Assembly (NCBI GenBank): GCA_014879465.1
Contig: JACSSA010000077.1
Coordinates: 1 to 35,571, forward strand
Direction of reading: 5' to 3'
Length of the DNA stretch: 35,571 nucleotides
Source of the DNA: Rhodothermales bacterium
GTDB lineage: Bacteria > Bacteroidota > Rhodothermia > Rhodothermales > BA12
Part shown: piece by piece, positions 17,624 through 26,185 of the stretch
How positions within the stretch are numbered: the stretch's first letter is position 1
Layout: every line of letters starts with the position of its first letter
Program-made: the position numbers and the translations under genes
Notes under the pieces: model-generated
Told to the model about the DNA's origin: nothing
What the model saw: only the letters and a program-made list of their open reading frames with translations
Database searches by the model: none

Positions 17624-18106
17624 ATGGCCGACGAACCCGCCTTCTCGCACCCGACCCGCACCTACGAACGCGACGGTATGCGCGTGCTTTGGGAGCCGCG
17701 TCTGTGCATCCACTCCGGACGGTGCGTGCAGGCGCTTCCCGACGTGTTCAAGCCGAAGGACAAGCCGTGGGTGCAGCTGGAAAACGCCCCGAGCAACGAC
17801 GCCGTGGCCGACGCCGTGCACCGCTGCCCGACCGGGGCGCTGCGCTACGAACGCACCGACGGCGGCGAGCCGGAGGCCGAACGGATGCCCGAGCCGCCGT
17901 TTGCCGTGCCCTACAAAGACGGGCCGCTGCTCGTGCGCGGCGTCGTGGAGGTGCGCGGCCCCGACGGCGAGATCCAGCGCCGGGTGGAGCGGGTGGCGTT
18001 CTGCCGCTGCGGCGCGTCGGAGAACAAGCCGTACTGCGACGGCTCGCACCGCAAGGCCGGTTTCAAAGCCGACGGCATCACGGGCGTGCCGAAAGACCTC
18101 GGCTAA
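17624..18106 (+). CDS. Iron-sulfur protein: N-terminal divergent 4Fe-4S mono-cluster domain fused to a C-terminal CDGSH (mitoNEET-type) domain
   Basis: N-terminal RVLWEPRLCIHSGRCVQALPDVF...AVHRCPTGAL (Fer4_13-like). C-terminal CRCGASENKPYCDGSH (CDGSH motif). Confidence 0.75.
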   Translation: MADEPAFSHPTRTYERDGMRVLWEPRLCIHSGRCVQALPDVFKPKDKPWVQLENAPSNDAVADAVHRCPTGALRYERTDGGEPEAERMPEPPFAVPYKDGPLLVRGVVEVRGPDGEIQRRVERVAFCRCGASENKPYCDGSHRKAGFKADGITGVPKDLG

Positions 18107-19719
18107 GAGGCCGGCGGGGCGATGCCGCAGCCTCGGTAGAGCTGGTCGGCCCCGGCTTCGCTGCCCGGAGCCACCACCGCCGTAATCCGCACGAACGGGT
18201 CGAGGCGCGTGGACGCTGTCGGCACGAACGTGCGCGCGCCGTCGGTGATGCGCAGGAGGATAACGCCCGGCGGCAGGCCCAGTTCGGCGACGGTCTTGCC
18301 CGCGAACGGCGCGTGCGGCTGCACGTCGAGTTCGAGGATCGTCGGTTCGCGCAGGCCCTCGGAGAGGGCACCCTTGCCGAGGTCACGCTCCAGCAGCGAC
18401 TCGTAGATCGGAGCCGCGCCCAGCCCTTCGGCCACCCCGAAGGCGAAGAAGCCGCTCACCAGCAGCGGCAGCATCTGCCCGTAGTTGCCCGTCATCTCCA
18501 AGATGAGCACGATGCCCGTGAGCGGAGCGCGGACGATGGCGGTGAAGAGCGCACCCATCCCCACAACGGCGTAGACGCCCGGTTGCGGCACGAGGCCGGG
18601 GGCGATCTGCTGCGCGACCAGCCCGACGGCCAGCCCGATGAGCGCACCCAAGACGAGCAGCGGCGCGAAGATGCCGCCCGGTGCGCCCGTGCCGTAGGAG
18701 GCGAGCGTGAGCGCAAACCGGCCCATCAGCCACAACGGCACGGCGGCGAGCGCCACCTGACCGAGCAAGACCTCTTCGGCGAGGCGGTGCCCGTTGCCCA
18801 CCGCCAGCGGCGCGAACAGCGCCACCGCGCCCACCACCGCGCCCACAAGCGCCGCCAGCCCCACCGGGTGCTTCGCCTTCCCAAACCATCCGGACACGCG
18901 CAGCAGCGACCGATTGTAGACCGCGCCGAACAGACCGGCCAAGACGCCGACGACCACGAAAAACGGCAGCGCCTCCAGCGGCGGCGGCGGGTAGGACGGG
19001 ACGGTGAAGACGGGGAACGGCCCCGACAGGAACCGGGAGACGACGTTGGCCGCCGCTGCCGCCACGAATGCCGCGCCGAAGACGATGGGCCGGAAGTCGC
19101 GCTGGACTTCTTCGAGCACGAACACGAGGCCCGATAGCGGCGCGTTGAAGGCTGCCGCGAGGCCCGCGCCCGCGCCCGCCGCCGTGAGCGTGAGGCGTTC
19201 GCGGGGCGGGCTGCCCATCCGCCGCGCCACCTCGTCGCCCACCGCGCCGCCCATCTGCACCGTCGGGCCTTCGCGCCCCAGCACCAACCCGCCACCGATG
19301 GCGAGCACGCCGCCCACGAGCTTCACCGCGAGCAGGCGCATCGCCCGCATTGGGCGGAGCCGCAGCAGCACGGCCTTGAGATTGGGGATGCCGCTGCCCG
19401 CCGCCTCCGGCGCGAACCGCCGCACCAGCCAAACGGCCAGCGCCGCCGTGGCCGCCATCGTCGCGACCGGCGCGAGCCGCAGCAGCCCGTCGTGCGCGTG
19501 GCTCCACACCAGCAGCGCGTCGAGCGCGTTGCCCGCCCCGGTTAGCAGCATCCGAAACACCGACGCAAGCAGCCCCGAAAGTGCGCCCACGAGCGCCGCC
19601 CGCGGGTACATCCGCCGCCGCTGCCGCGCCACGTCGAGGTAATCGTCCAGCTCCGACCGCCGGTTGCGCAGCGTTCGCAATCGCACAAGGCGCAGATACC
19701 GTTCGGGCGTGAGGGCCAC
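18103..19719 (-). CDS. ClC-family chloride channel / H+-Cl- antiporter with C-terminal TrkA-C (RCK_C) domain
   Basis: GREGPTVQMG (GxEGP selectivity motif), GGIFAPLLVLGA (GxFxP), ~10-12 TM helices, C-terminal LELDVQPHAPFAGKTVAELGLPPGVILLRITDG (TrkA-C). GTG start at 19719. Overlaps the CDGSH gene by 4 nt (convergent). Confidence 0.85.
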   Translation of the reverse strand: MALTPERYLRLVRLRTLRNRRSELDDYLDVARQRRRMYPRAALVGALSGLLASVFRMLLTGAGNALDALLVWSHAHDGLLRLAPVATMAATAALAVWLVRRFAPEAAGSGIPNLKAVLLRLRPMRAMRLLAVKLVGGVLAIGGGLVLGREGPTVQMGGAVGDEVARRMGSPPRERLTLTAAGAGAGLAAAFNAPLSGLVFVLEEVQRDFRPIVFGAAFVAAAAANVVSRFLSGPFPVFTVPSYPPPPLEALPFFVVVGVLAGLFGAVYNRSLLRVSGWFGKAKHPVGLAALVGAVVGAVALFAPLAVGNGHRLAEEVLLGQVALAAVPLWLMGRFALTLASYGTGAPGGIFAPLLVLGALIGLAVGLVAQQIAPGLVPQPGVYAVVGMGALFTAIVRAPLTGIVLILEMTGNYGQMLPLLVSGFFAFGVAEGLGAAPIYESLLERDLGKGALSEGLREPTILELDVQPHAPFAGKTVAELGLPPGVILLRITDGARTFVPTASTRLDPFVRITAVVAPGSEAGADQLYRGCGIAPPAS

Positions 19720-19802
19720 CGACGCGAGGAAAAGACGACGCCCAACGTAGCCGCGAAACCGTTCAGCCGCCGTGAAGACGACGCAAGGCTCCGGCGAAGC
19801 CG

Positions 19803-21329
19803 TCAGACCAGCACGTCGCCGGTCATATCGTCCGGAATCGGCAGACCCATCAGGTGGAGGATCGTTGGGGCGACGTCGCCGAGCTTGCCGTCGCGGGGCG
19901 GGGCCGTCACGTCCGGGTGGACGATCAGGTGCGGCACGAGCGCCAGCGTGTGCGCCGTGTGGGGCGATCCGTCGGGGTTGCGCATCTTGTCGGCGTTGCC
20001 GTGATCGGCCAGCACCGTCACGGAATAGCCCTTCGCGAGGGCCGCCTCGATCACCCGCTCTGCCGCCTTGTCCACCGCCTCGATCGCCGCCACCGCCGCC
20101 TCGAACACGCCCGTGTGCCCAACCATGTCGGGGTTGGCGAAGTTGAGCACGACGAGGCCGAACGGCTGCCCGTTCGCGGCCCCCGCTTCGATCTGCTGCG
20201 CCACCGCCTCGCCGAGTTCAGGTGCGGACATCTCCGGCTGGAGGTCGTACGTTGCCACCTTCGGCGACGGGATCAGCACGCGCTCTTCGCCTGCGAACGG
20301 GTCTTCGCGTCCGCCGGAGAAGAAGAACGTGACGTGCGGGTACTTTTCCGTCTCGGCGGCGCGGAGCTGCGGCAGGCCCGCTTCGGCCACCACCTCGCCG
20401 AGCGTGTTGGTCAGGTTCTGCTTGGGGAAGACGACGGGCAATCCGAAAGCGTCGTCGTAGTGCGCAAAGCCGACGATGTCCACCTTCGGCAGCACCATCC
20501 GGCGGAAGCCGTCGAAGTCGCCCATCAGAAGCGCCCGCGTGAGCTGGCGGGCGCGGTCGGCGCGGAAGTTCGTCCACAGGATCACGTCGCCGTCTTTCAC
20601 GAGGCCGCGCTCGTCGATCAGGCGCGGGGCGATGAACTCGTCGGTTTCACCCGCCGCATACGCCGCCGCCACCGCCGCCTCTGGCGTCTCGAACCGTTCG
20701 CCCACGCCCTCGGTGAGCAGCCGGTAGGCCTTCTCGACGCGCTCCCAGCGCTTGTCGCGGTCCATCGCAAAGTAGCGCCCGACCACCGTGGCGATCTTCC
20801 CGACGCCAAGGGCGCGGGCTGCGTCGTCGAACCGCTGGAGATAGGACCGTCCCGCCGCGCCAGGGTCGGTGTCGCGCCCGTCGGTGAAGGCGTGCACCCA
20901 CACCTGGTCGGGGCCGAGGCCCTCGCGCTTGGCCAGTTCGAGCACGGCGAACAGGTGGCCGATGTGGCTGTGGACGCCGCCGTCGGAGAACAGTCCGAAC
21001 ACGTGCAGCTTGCTGCCTCGCGCCTGCACCGTCGCCACGGCCTCGCGCAGCACCGGGTTGTCGTAGAACGAACCGTCTTCGATGGACGCGTCGATGCGCA
21101 CGAGGTCTTGGTAGACGACCCGCCCCGCGCCGAGGTTCATGTGCCCGACTTCCGAGTTGCCCATCTGGCCCACCGGAAGCCCGACGGCCCGTTCCGACGC
21201 CCGAAGCCGTCCCCACGGATGCGAGGCGAACAGGCGGTCGAGGTACGGCTTCTTCGCCGCGTCGATGGCGGAAACGGACGGATCGTCGGCGAGGCCGTAG
21301 CCGTCGAGGATGACAAGCAGGTGAGGCAT
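19803..21329 (-). CDS. gpmI: 2,3-bisphosphoglycerate-independent phosphoglycerate mutase
   Basis: 508 aa. MPHLLVILDGYGLADDP...GNSEVGHMNLGAGRVVYQ is the canonical iPGM N-terminus. Full-length architecture. Confidence 0.9.
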   Translation of the reverse strand: MPHLLVILDGYGLADDPSVSAIDAAKKPYLDRLFASHPWGRLRASERAVGLPVGQMGNSEVGHMNLGAGRVVYQDLVRIDASIEDGSFYDNPVLREAVATVQARGSKLHVFGLFSDGGVHSHIGHLFAVLELAKREGLGPDQVWVHAFTDGRDTDPGAAGRSYLQRFDDAARALGVGKIATVVGRYFAMDRDKRWERVEKAYRLLTEGVGERFETPEAAVAAAYAAGETDEFIAPRLIDERGLVKDGDVILWTNFRADRARQLTRALLMGDFDGFRRMVLPKVDIVGFAHYDDAFGLPVVFPKQNLTNTLGEVVAEAGLPQLRAAETEKYPHVTFFFSGGREDPFAGEERVLIPSPKVATYDLQPEMSAPELGEAVAQQIEAGAANGQPFGLVVLNFANPDMVGHTGVFEAAVAAIEAVDKAAERVIEAALAKGYSVTVLADHGNADKMRNPDGSPHTAHTLALVPHLIVHPDVTAPPRDGKLGDVAPTILHLMGLPIPDDMTGDVLV

Positions 21330-21468
21330 AGGGGAAAACAGCGAGGTGCGGACGTCAAACGTAAAGACGACCCACCGGGGCGTCTCCCGTCGAAGGTCGA
21401 ACCGAAACGGGGCGAGATGGATGCCGCGTTGAGGAGAACGTCGCGAAATTTGGCCTTCGCCCCGCGTC

Positions 21469-22314
21469 CTACCCCACCCGCCAGTCGCGCACTTTGCGCG
21501 TCGAGCGGCCCGTCTTGGCGTCGTAGACGGTCATCGCGCCGGTAAACGGATCGGCCAGTTGCTCCGTGCCGTGGCGGTCGGTCTTGACCTTGGGCACGTC
21601 GAAATACCGTCCCGACGACGGCGAGAAGTAGCGGCCTTGCTTGGCGTCCAGCCCGTCGAGCGGCGGCGGCAGCGCTTGGAGCGCGTCGAAGAACGGGCAC
21701 ATCGCCGTCAGGGGGCAGGCGTCGCAGCGCGGCGAGCGGGCAAGGCAGGTGTAGCGCCCGTGCAGGATGAGCAGGTGGTGCGCCTCGTTCCAGTCTTCGG
21801 CGGGCAAGACCCGCGTCAGCGCATCTTCCACCTTGCGCGGCGTGTCGGCACGGTCGGGCACGAGGCCGAGGCGGTGCGCCACGCGAAAGACGTGCGTGTC
21901 GACGGCCAGTGCGGCCTCGTCGAACGCGACGGAGAGCACCACGCTGGCGGTTTTACGGCCCACGCCGGGCAGCGCCTCCAGCGCGGCGCGTTCGCGCGGG
22001 ACGTCGCCGCCGTGCTCGGCAACCAGCCGCTGCGCCAGCCCGACGAGGTGCTTGGCCTTGTTGTTCGGGTAGGTGACGGAGCGGACGAGCGCGAACACCT
22101 CCTCGACCGACGCCTCGGCCAGCGCGTCGGGCGTGGGAAAGGCGTCGAAGAGGGCCGGAGTGACGAGGTTGACGCGGGCGTCGGTGCACTGCGCCGACAG
22201 CACCACCGCCACGACGAGTTCGTACGGGTTCCGAAACGCCAACTCGGTTTCGGGGCGCGGAATGTGCTGCCGTAGCGTTTCTACGACGGCGCGGGCGCGG
22301 GCGGTGCGGGTCAC
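21469..22314 (-). CDS. nth: Endonuclease III (HhH-GPD, 4Fe-4S) with an unusual ~70-aa C-terminal extension
   Basis: VLSAQCTDARVN ... LPGVGRKTASVVL ... DTHVFRVAHRLGL ... CLARSPRCDACPLTAMC (Fe-S loop), followed by an extra tail ...GRYFSPSSGRYFDVPKVKTDRHGTEQLADPFTGAMTVYDAKTGRSTRKVRDWRVG. Confidence 0.85.
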   Translation of the reverse strand: MTRTARARAVVETLRQHIPRPETELAFRNPYELVVAVVLSAQCTDARVNLVTPALFDAFPTPDALAEASVEEVFALVRSVTYPNNKAKHLVGLAQRLVAEHGGDVPRERAALEALPGVGRKTASVVLSVAFDEAALAVDTHVFRVAHRLGLVPDRADTPRKVEDALTRVLPAEDWNEAHHLLILHGRYTCLARSPRCDACPLTAMCPFFDALQALPPPLDGLDAKQGRYFSPSSGRYFDVPKVKTDRHGTEQLADPFTGAMTVYDAKTGRSTRKVRDWRVG

Positions 22315-22364
22315 GGATCGAGGAGATGGGAAGACAAGATCGGAACCGAACGTCCCTTCTCCAC

Positions 22365-22403
22365 CGACGTTTGCTCCTCGACGTTTGCTCCTCGACGTTT
22401 CCT
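22365..22403. repeat. Tandem direct repeat, 3 copies of CGACGTTTGCTCCT (third copy truncated to CGACGTTTCCT), ending exactly at the ATG of the Lnb-like gene
   Basis: Read directly: ccac CGACGTTTGCTCCT CGACGTTTGCTCCT CGACGTTTCCT ATG. Confidence 0.8.
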
Positions 22404-23609
22404 ATGCGCCGCCTGTTCGCCCTGCTGACGCTGCTTCTCGCCGCCGCCGTTCGTGCGCAGGATGCGCCGCCCGACGTGCCGCTCCCGCCTCCGGCCTCCA
22501 CCGACACGGCCTCCACCGACACGGCCTTTGTGTCGATGATCACCGTGCTGCCGGGCGACCCGTCGTACGCCCGCTTCGGCCACACGGCGCTGCGCGTGTA
22601 CGACCCGGCGCAAGGGTTGGATCTGATGTACAACTACGGCACGTTCCGCTTCGACGCGACGTTCTTGCCCAAGTTCGTCTACGGCGCGCTCGACTACGAA
22701 CTGTCGGTGGTGGACTTCCCGCTGGCGCTTCGCCACTACGCCACCGTCGAGGAGCGCGGGGTGATCGAACAGCGGCTTCGGCTGAGCCGGGCGCAGCAGA
22801 ACAGCCTCGCCGCCTTTCTCGACTGGAACGCCCGCCCGGAAAACGCCGCCTACCGCTACCTCTTCCTCGACGACAACTGCACCACCCGCGCCCGCGACGC
22901 CGTCGAGCGCGTGCTTGGGCAGCCCATCGGTGGAACGACGGTGGGCCGAGACGGACATCCGACATACCGCGACCTGCTTCACCCCTACCAAACCGGCGCA
23001 CCGCTCTTGCTGCTCGGCACCAACCTCGGTCTTGGCGCACGGGTGGACGAATCGGCGTCGCCGCGCCACGCGCAGTTCCTCCCCGACGTGCTGATGCGCG
23101 ATCTCGACGCGGCCACCGTCGGCGGGCAGACGCTTGTCTCCCGCACCGACACGCTGGTCAACCTGCCACGCCCGGCGGAGACGGCGTTTCCGTGGACGTA
23201 CGTGCTGACGTTCGTCGTCTTGATCGTCGCCTTCGTTCAAACGCTGCGCACGCGGGCGGCTCCGGTCGTGACGCGCTTCGACCGGGCGCTCTTCGGCGCG
23301 ACGGGCGTGGCCGGGCTGCTCCTCGCGTTCCTCGTGTTCGTATCGCTCCACGACGTGACGCGCCCCAACTGGAACCTCGCGTGGGCGCTTCCCACGCACC
23401 TCGTCTACGCCTTCGCCGCCGGGCGCGGCTACCGCTGGCTCCGCCCCTACGCCTTCGCCGCCGGGATCGCGACCGCGTTGTTCGTGCTGGCCACGCCGGT
23501 GCTGCCGCAGGCGATCCCGCTCGACATTCTGCCGGTCGTGGCGGCGCTGGCGCTGCGGCTGTTCGCGCACGCCGGAGCGCTGCCGGGGCCGCGTTCGGTC
23601 GCCGCCTAA
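22404..23609 (+). CDS. DUF4105 / Lnb-like protein: periplasmic N-terminal domain plus C-terminal polytopic membrane domain (candidate Bacteroidota-type lipoprotein N-acyltransferase family)
   Basis: Signal peptide MRRLFALLTLLLAAAVRAQ. DUF4105-like core GHTALRVYDP...MYNYGTFRF...LDYELSVVDFP...YRYLFLDDNCTTRARD. C-terminal hydrophobic helices. An internal 15-bp x2 tandem repeat encodes TASTDTASTD. The family call is inferred from motifs. Confidence 0.65.
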   Translation: MRRLFALLTLLLAAAVRAQDAPPDVPLPPPASTDTASTDTAFVSMITVLPGDPSYARFGHTALRVYDPAQGLDLMYNYGTFRFDATFLPKFVYGALDYELSVVDFPLALRHYATVEERGVIEQRLRLSRAQQNSLAAFLDWNARPENAAYRYLFLDDNCTTRARDAVERVLGQPIGGTTVGRDGHPTYRDLLHPYQTGAPLLLLGTNLGLGARVDESASPRHAQFLPDVLMRDLDAATVGGQTLVSRTDTLVNLPRPAETAFPWTYVLTFVVLIVAFVQTLRTRAAPVVTRFDRALFGATGVAGLLLAFLVFVSLHDVTRPNWNLAWALPTHLVYAFAAGRGYRWLRPYAFAAGIATALFVLATPVLPQAIPLDILPVVAALALRLFAHAGALPGPRSVAA

Positions 23610-23712
23610 TCTGTCAACCTTCGGCGAAGGATAGACACACGCCGTCGAAGTCCGTATCTTGACCGTCCTGCCCGACCGGGGGCAGGCGCTTCCCTGTGAA
23701 GCGATTCCCTTT

Positions 23713-23786
<74 letters not shown>

Positions 23787-23792
23787 CCCTTA

Positions 23793-23828
23793 ACGGCTCG
23801 TCTGCATGGTCAGGCGGGCCGTTTTGTT
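23793..23828 (+). terminator. Putative intrinsic terminator after tRNA-Pro: imperfect stem (ACGGC..CTG/CAG..GCCGT) followed by TTTTGTTTG
   Basis: Stem-loop plus U-tract read from the sequence. Confidence 0.4.
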
Positions 23829-24035
23829 TGCGACGGATTCTCCGTTCGGAAGACGGCGCTTCGGGATGGAGCAGGCAGAGCGTGGCTACGCTGCGCCCGT
23901 CGCAATGGCCGATCAGGGCCGAAACGGCGAAGGCGGGACGGGTGGTGCGTCTACGGCATCGTCGAGAGGCCGGCCGGCGGCGCATGTTCAACGTGCGCGC
24001 GGTTTCTGCGCGGTGGCCCAACCGACTCCGTCGTG

Positions 24036-24086
24036 CCCAAAAGCAAAGACGCCCCGCTCGCCGAAGCGACGCGGAGCGTCTTGGGG
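24036..24086 (-). terminator. Intrinsic terminator after tRNA-Leu on the minus strand: ~14-bp imperfect stem (AAGACGCTCCGCGTCGC / GCGAGCGGGGCGTCTT) with UUCG tetraloop, followed by TTTGCTTTTGGG
   Basis: Read from the reverse complement of 24036-24086. Confidence 0.5.
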
Positions 24087-24170
24087 TGCCCGGGACTGGA
24101 CTCGAACCAGCACGCGATTGCTCGCACCACCCCCTCAAGATGGCGTGTCTACCAATTTCACCACCCGGGC
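24087..24170 (-). tRNA. tRNA-Leu (anticodon GAG), class II with long variable arm
   Basis: The reverse complement gives GCCCGGG-TG-GTGAAATTGGTAGACAC-G-CCATC-TTGAGGG-GGTGG-[TGCGAGCAATCGCGT]-GCTGGTTCGAGTCCAGT-CCCGGGC-A. Confidence 0.85.
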
Positions 24171-24186
24171 AGAAGTCAGTCAATCT

Positions 24187-24262
24187 TGGTGATCCCGGCA
24201 GGGCTCGAACCTGCGACCCGCTGATTAAAAGTCAGCTGCTCTGCCAACTGAGCTACAGGATC
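24187..24262 (-). tRNA. tRNA-Lys (anticodon TTT), 3' CCA encoded
   Basis: The reverse complement gives GATCCTG-TA-GCTCAGTTGGCAGAGC-A-GCTGA-CTTTTAA-TCAGC-GGGTC-GCAGGTTCGAGCCCTGC-CGGGATC-A-CCA. Confidence 0.85.
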
Positions 24263-24599
24263 GGGCCTCGCGATCAGCAAGGACACGCAGAATACGGCAA
24301 GGCCGCGGCGGTGCGCAAGCCCTGCCCTGTGAACCGTTGGTGCAGCCGCACGCGTTGCGGGACTTTCACGGGCGCTTCGTCGGGCAGGCCGAGCACGAGC
24401 GAAACACGCCGATTCGTTGTTCCGTACATCCTCGGCTTGCGTCGTTTTCGGGCTACGCAAGCGCCTTTCGAACGAGGAGCCGAGCGATGCCACGCGCGAC
24501 GCCTCACGTTCTTTCTCAATACCGCGAAGACTCACGCTGAATGCGGCCCCTTCCCCGAGGAAGGTGGACGCGCGCTAGCGGCTGACGTAGTGAGCTGAA

Positions 24600-24622
24600 G
24601 GACGCGAAATCGCATCGCGTCC
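24600..24622 (+). promoter_or_regulatory. Perfect 8-bp stem hairpin GGACGCGA-aatcgca-TCGCGTCC in the speH 5' leader. It overlaps an alternative GCATCG...CGATGC pairing (mutually exclusive structures).
   Basis: Palindromes read directly. Located ~125 nt upstream of the speH ATG within a 480-nt ORF-free leader. Confidence 0.35.
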
Positions 24623-24743
24623 CTGCCCTCCGATGCGTCAGGACTGCGGTTGTATGGGGGCGCCCTCACCCGGCGCTCGTTCCTGTACAATGTTTCTCCG
24701 TCGGTGGCACGGCGGGGGGTGCTTATCTCGGAGGGTAGATCCC

Positions 24744-25151
24744 ATGCATGCTCTTGGACGCCAGATCTTGGTCGAGTTCTACGACTGCGACCGCGACATT
24801 CTCACGCAAGGCGATGCCGTGCGCGACCTGATGATGGAGGCCACGCGCCAGTCCGGCGCGACCATCGTCACCGACACGTTCCACTCCTTCTCGCCCCACG
24901 GCGTCTCGGGAGTGATCGTGATCGCGGAAAGCCACGTCGCCATCCACACATGGCCCGAATACGGCTATGCCGCCGTGGACATCTTCACCTGCGGCGACAC
25001 CATCAACCCGTGGACGATCCAGAAGCACCTCGAAGAGGGCTTTTCGTCTCAGCGGGTCTCGTCGATGGAAATGCGCCGCGGCCTCTTCCCCGACGCCGTG
25101 CCGCACAAGCCGGTCGGGTTCGACATCGGGGCCGACCCGGTGCTCAACTGA
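24744..25151 (+). CDS. speH: S-adenosylmethionine decarboxylase proenzyme (small bacterial pyruvoyl-dependent type)
   Basis: HALGRQILVEFYDCD ... VIVIAESHVAIHTWPEYGYAAVDIFTCG, with an ES self-cleavage site. 135 aa. GGAGGG lies 8 nt upstream. Confidence 0.85.
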   Translation: MHALGRQILVEFYDCDRDILTQGDAVRDLMMEATRQSGATIVTDTFHSFSPHGVSGVIVIAESHVAIHTWPEYGYAAVDIFTCGDTINPWTIQKHLEEGFSSQRVSSMEMRRGLFPDAVPHKPVGFDIGADPVLN

Positions 25152-25308
25152 GGCCCTTTCCGGTGGGTTTTGGAACGTGCGCCTCGGACAGCCGTCCGGG
25201 GCGCACGTTTGCGTTTCGGGAAGACCGTTGATGGGCGGCTCGCGCCCAACCGCCAACCGCCAACGCCCACCGTATCTTCCCAGCCGTCTATTCTCAACCC
25301 TCCGCCCT

Positions 25309-26184
25309 ATGTCTGCCGAAGCCAAAACGTCGCTCTTTCAGTTCACCGAGTTCTGGGATGGGCGCTCCGGCATCTCGTTCGGCGTCGAAGGGTTGTTGAT
25401 GAGCGAAGAGAGCGAGTTCCAGCGCGTCGAGGTCGTCAAAACCGATGTGTTCGGCAACCTGATGCTGCTCGACGGCCTCGTGATGCTTACCGAGCGCGAC
25501 GAGTTCGTCTACCACGAGATGATCGCCCACCCGGCGCTCGGCCTCCACCCCAACCCCAAGCGCGTGCTCGTGATTGGCGGCGGCGACGGCGGCACCGTGC
25601 GCGAGGTCGTGAAGCACGGCTCGGTCGAACACGTCGATCTGGTTGAAATCGACGGTCTCGTCGTGGAGGCGTCGAAGCGGCACTTTCCGACCGTGGCCAG
25701 CGCCTTCGACCACCCGAAGTTGGGCTTGAAGATCGAAGACGGTCTGGCGTTCGTGAAAAACGCTGCGCCGGGATCGTACGACGTGATCCTCGTGGATTCC
25801 ACCGACCCGGTCGGTTTTGCCGAAGGCTTGTTCGGGCGCGCATTCTACGAGGACTGCGTCCGGGCGCTCGGCCCCGACGGCATCCTCGTCTCCCAGACCG
25901 AAAGCCCGTTCGACGAGCGGTTTCAGAGCCAGATTCAGGCTGCGCACCGCACGCTCGGCACGCTCTTTCCGCATGTGGCGCTCTACCTCGCCAGCATCCC
26001 GACGTATCCGATGGGCACATGGAGCTTCGTGATGGCCTCGAAGACGCGCCGCCCGGCGGAGGATTTCGACGAGGCCGAGGCCGAACGGCGGCTTGCACCC
26101 TTCGCCGACGGGTTGAAGTATTACCGTGCTCCGCTTCACCGCGCGGCCTTCACGCTTCCGGCCTTTGTGAACCGCCTGTTCTAA
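25309..26184 (+). CDS. speE: Spermidine synthase (aminopropyltransferase)
   Basis: FQRVEVVKTDVFGNLMLLDG ... YHEMIAHP ... KRVLVIGGGDGGTVREV ... DVILVDSTDPVG ... GILVSQTESPF. Full-length PABS fold. Confidence 0.85.
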   Translation: MSAEAKTSLFQFTEFWDGRSGISFGVEGLLMSEESEFQRVEVVKTDVFGNLMLLDGLVMLTERDEFVYHEMIAHPALGLHPNPKRVLVIGGGDGGTVREVVKHGSVEHVDLVEIDGLVVEASKRHFPTVASAFDHPKLGLKIEDGLAFVKNAAPGSYDVILVDSTDPVGFAEGLFGRAFYEDCVRALGPDGILVSQTESPFDERFQSQIQAAHRTLGTLFPHVALYLASIPTYPMGTWSFVMASKTRRPAEDFDEAEAERRLAPFADGLKYYRAPLHRAAFTLPAFVNRLF

Positions 26185-26185
26185 C

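Noticed and set aside
17689-19137. 482-aa plus-strand ORF and the 18383..19507 minus-strand ORF
   Set aside because: Both overlap the well-supported ClC channel gene in other frames or on the other strand. Their products are Arg-rich.
19854-21545. 563-aa ORF on the plus strand
   Set aside because: It is antisense to gpmI.
22073-23662. 529-aa plus-strand ORF and the 22311..23570 minus-strand ORF
   Set aside because: They are alternative-frame or antisense readings of the Lnb-like gene, whose frame is supported by a signal peptide, DUF4105 motifs and TM helices.
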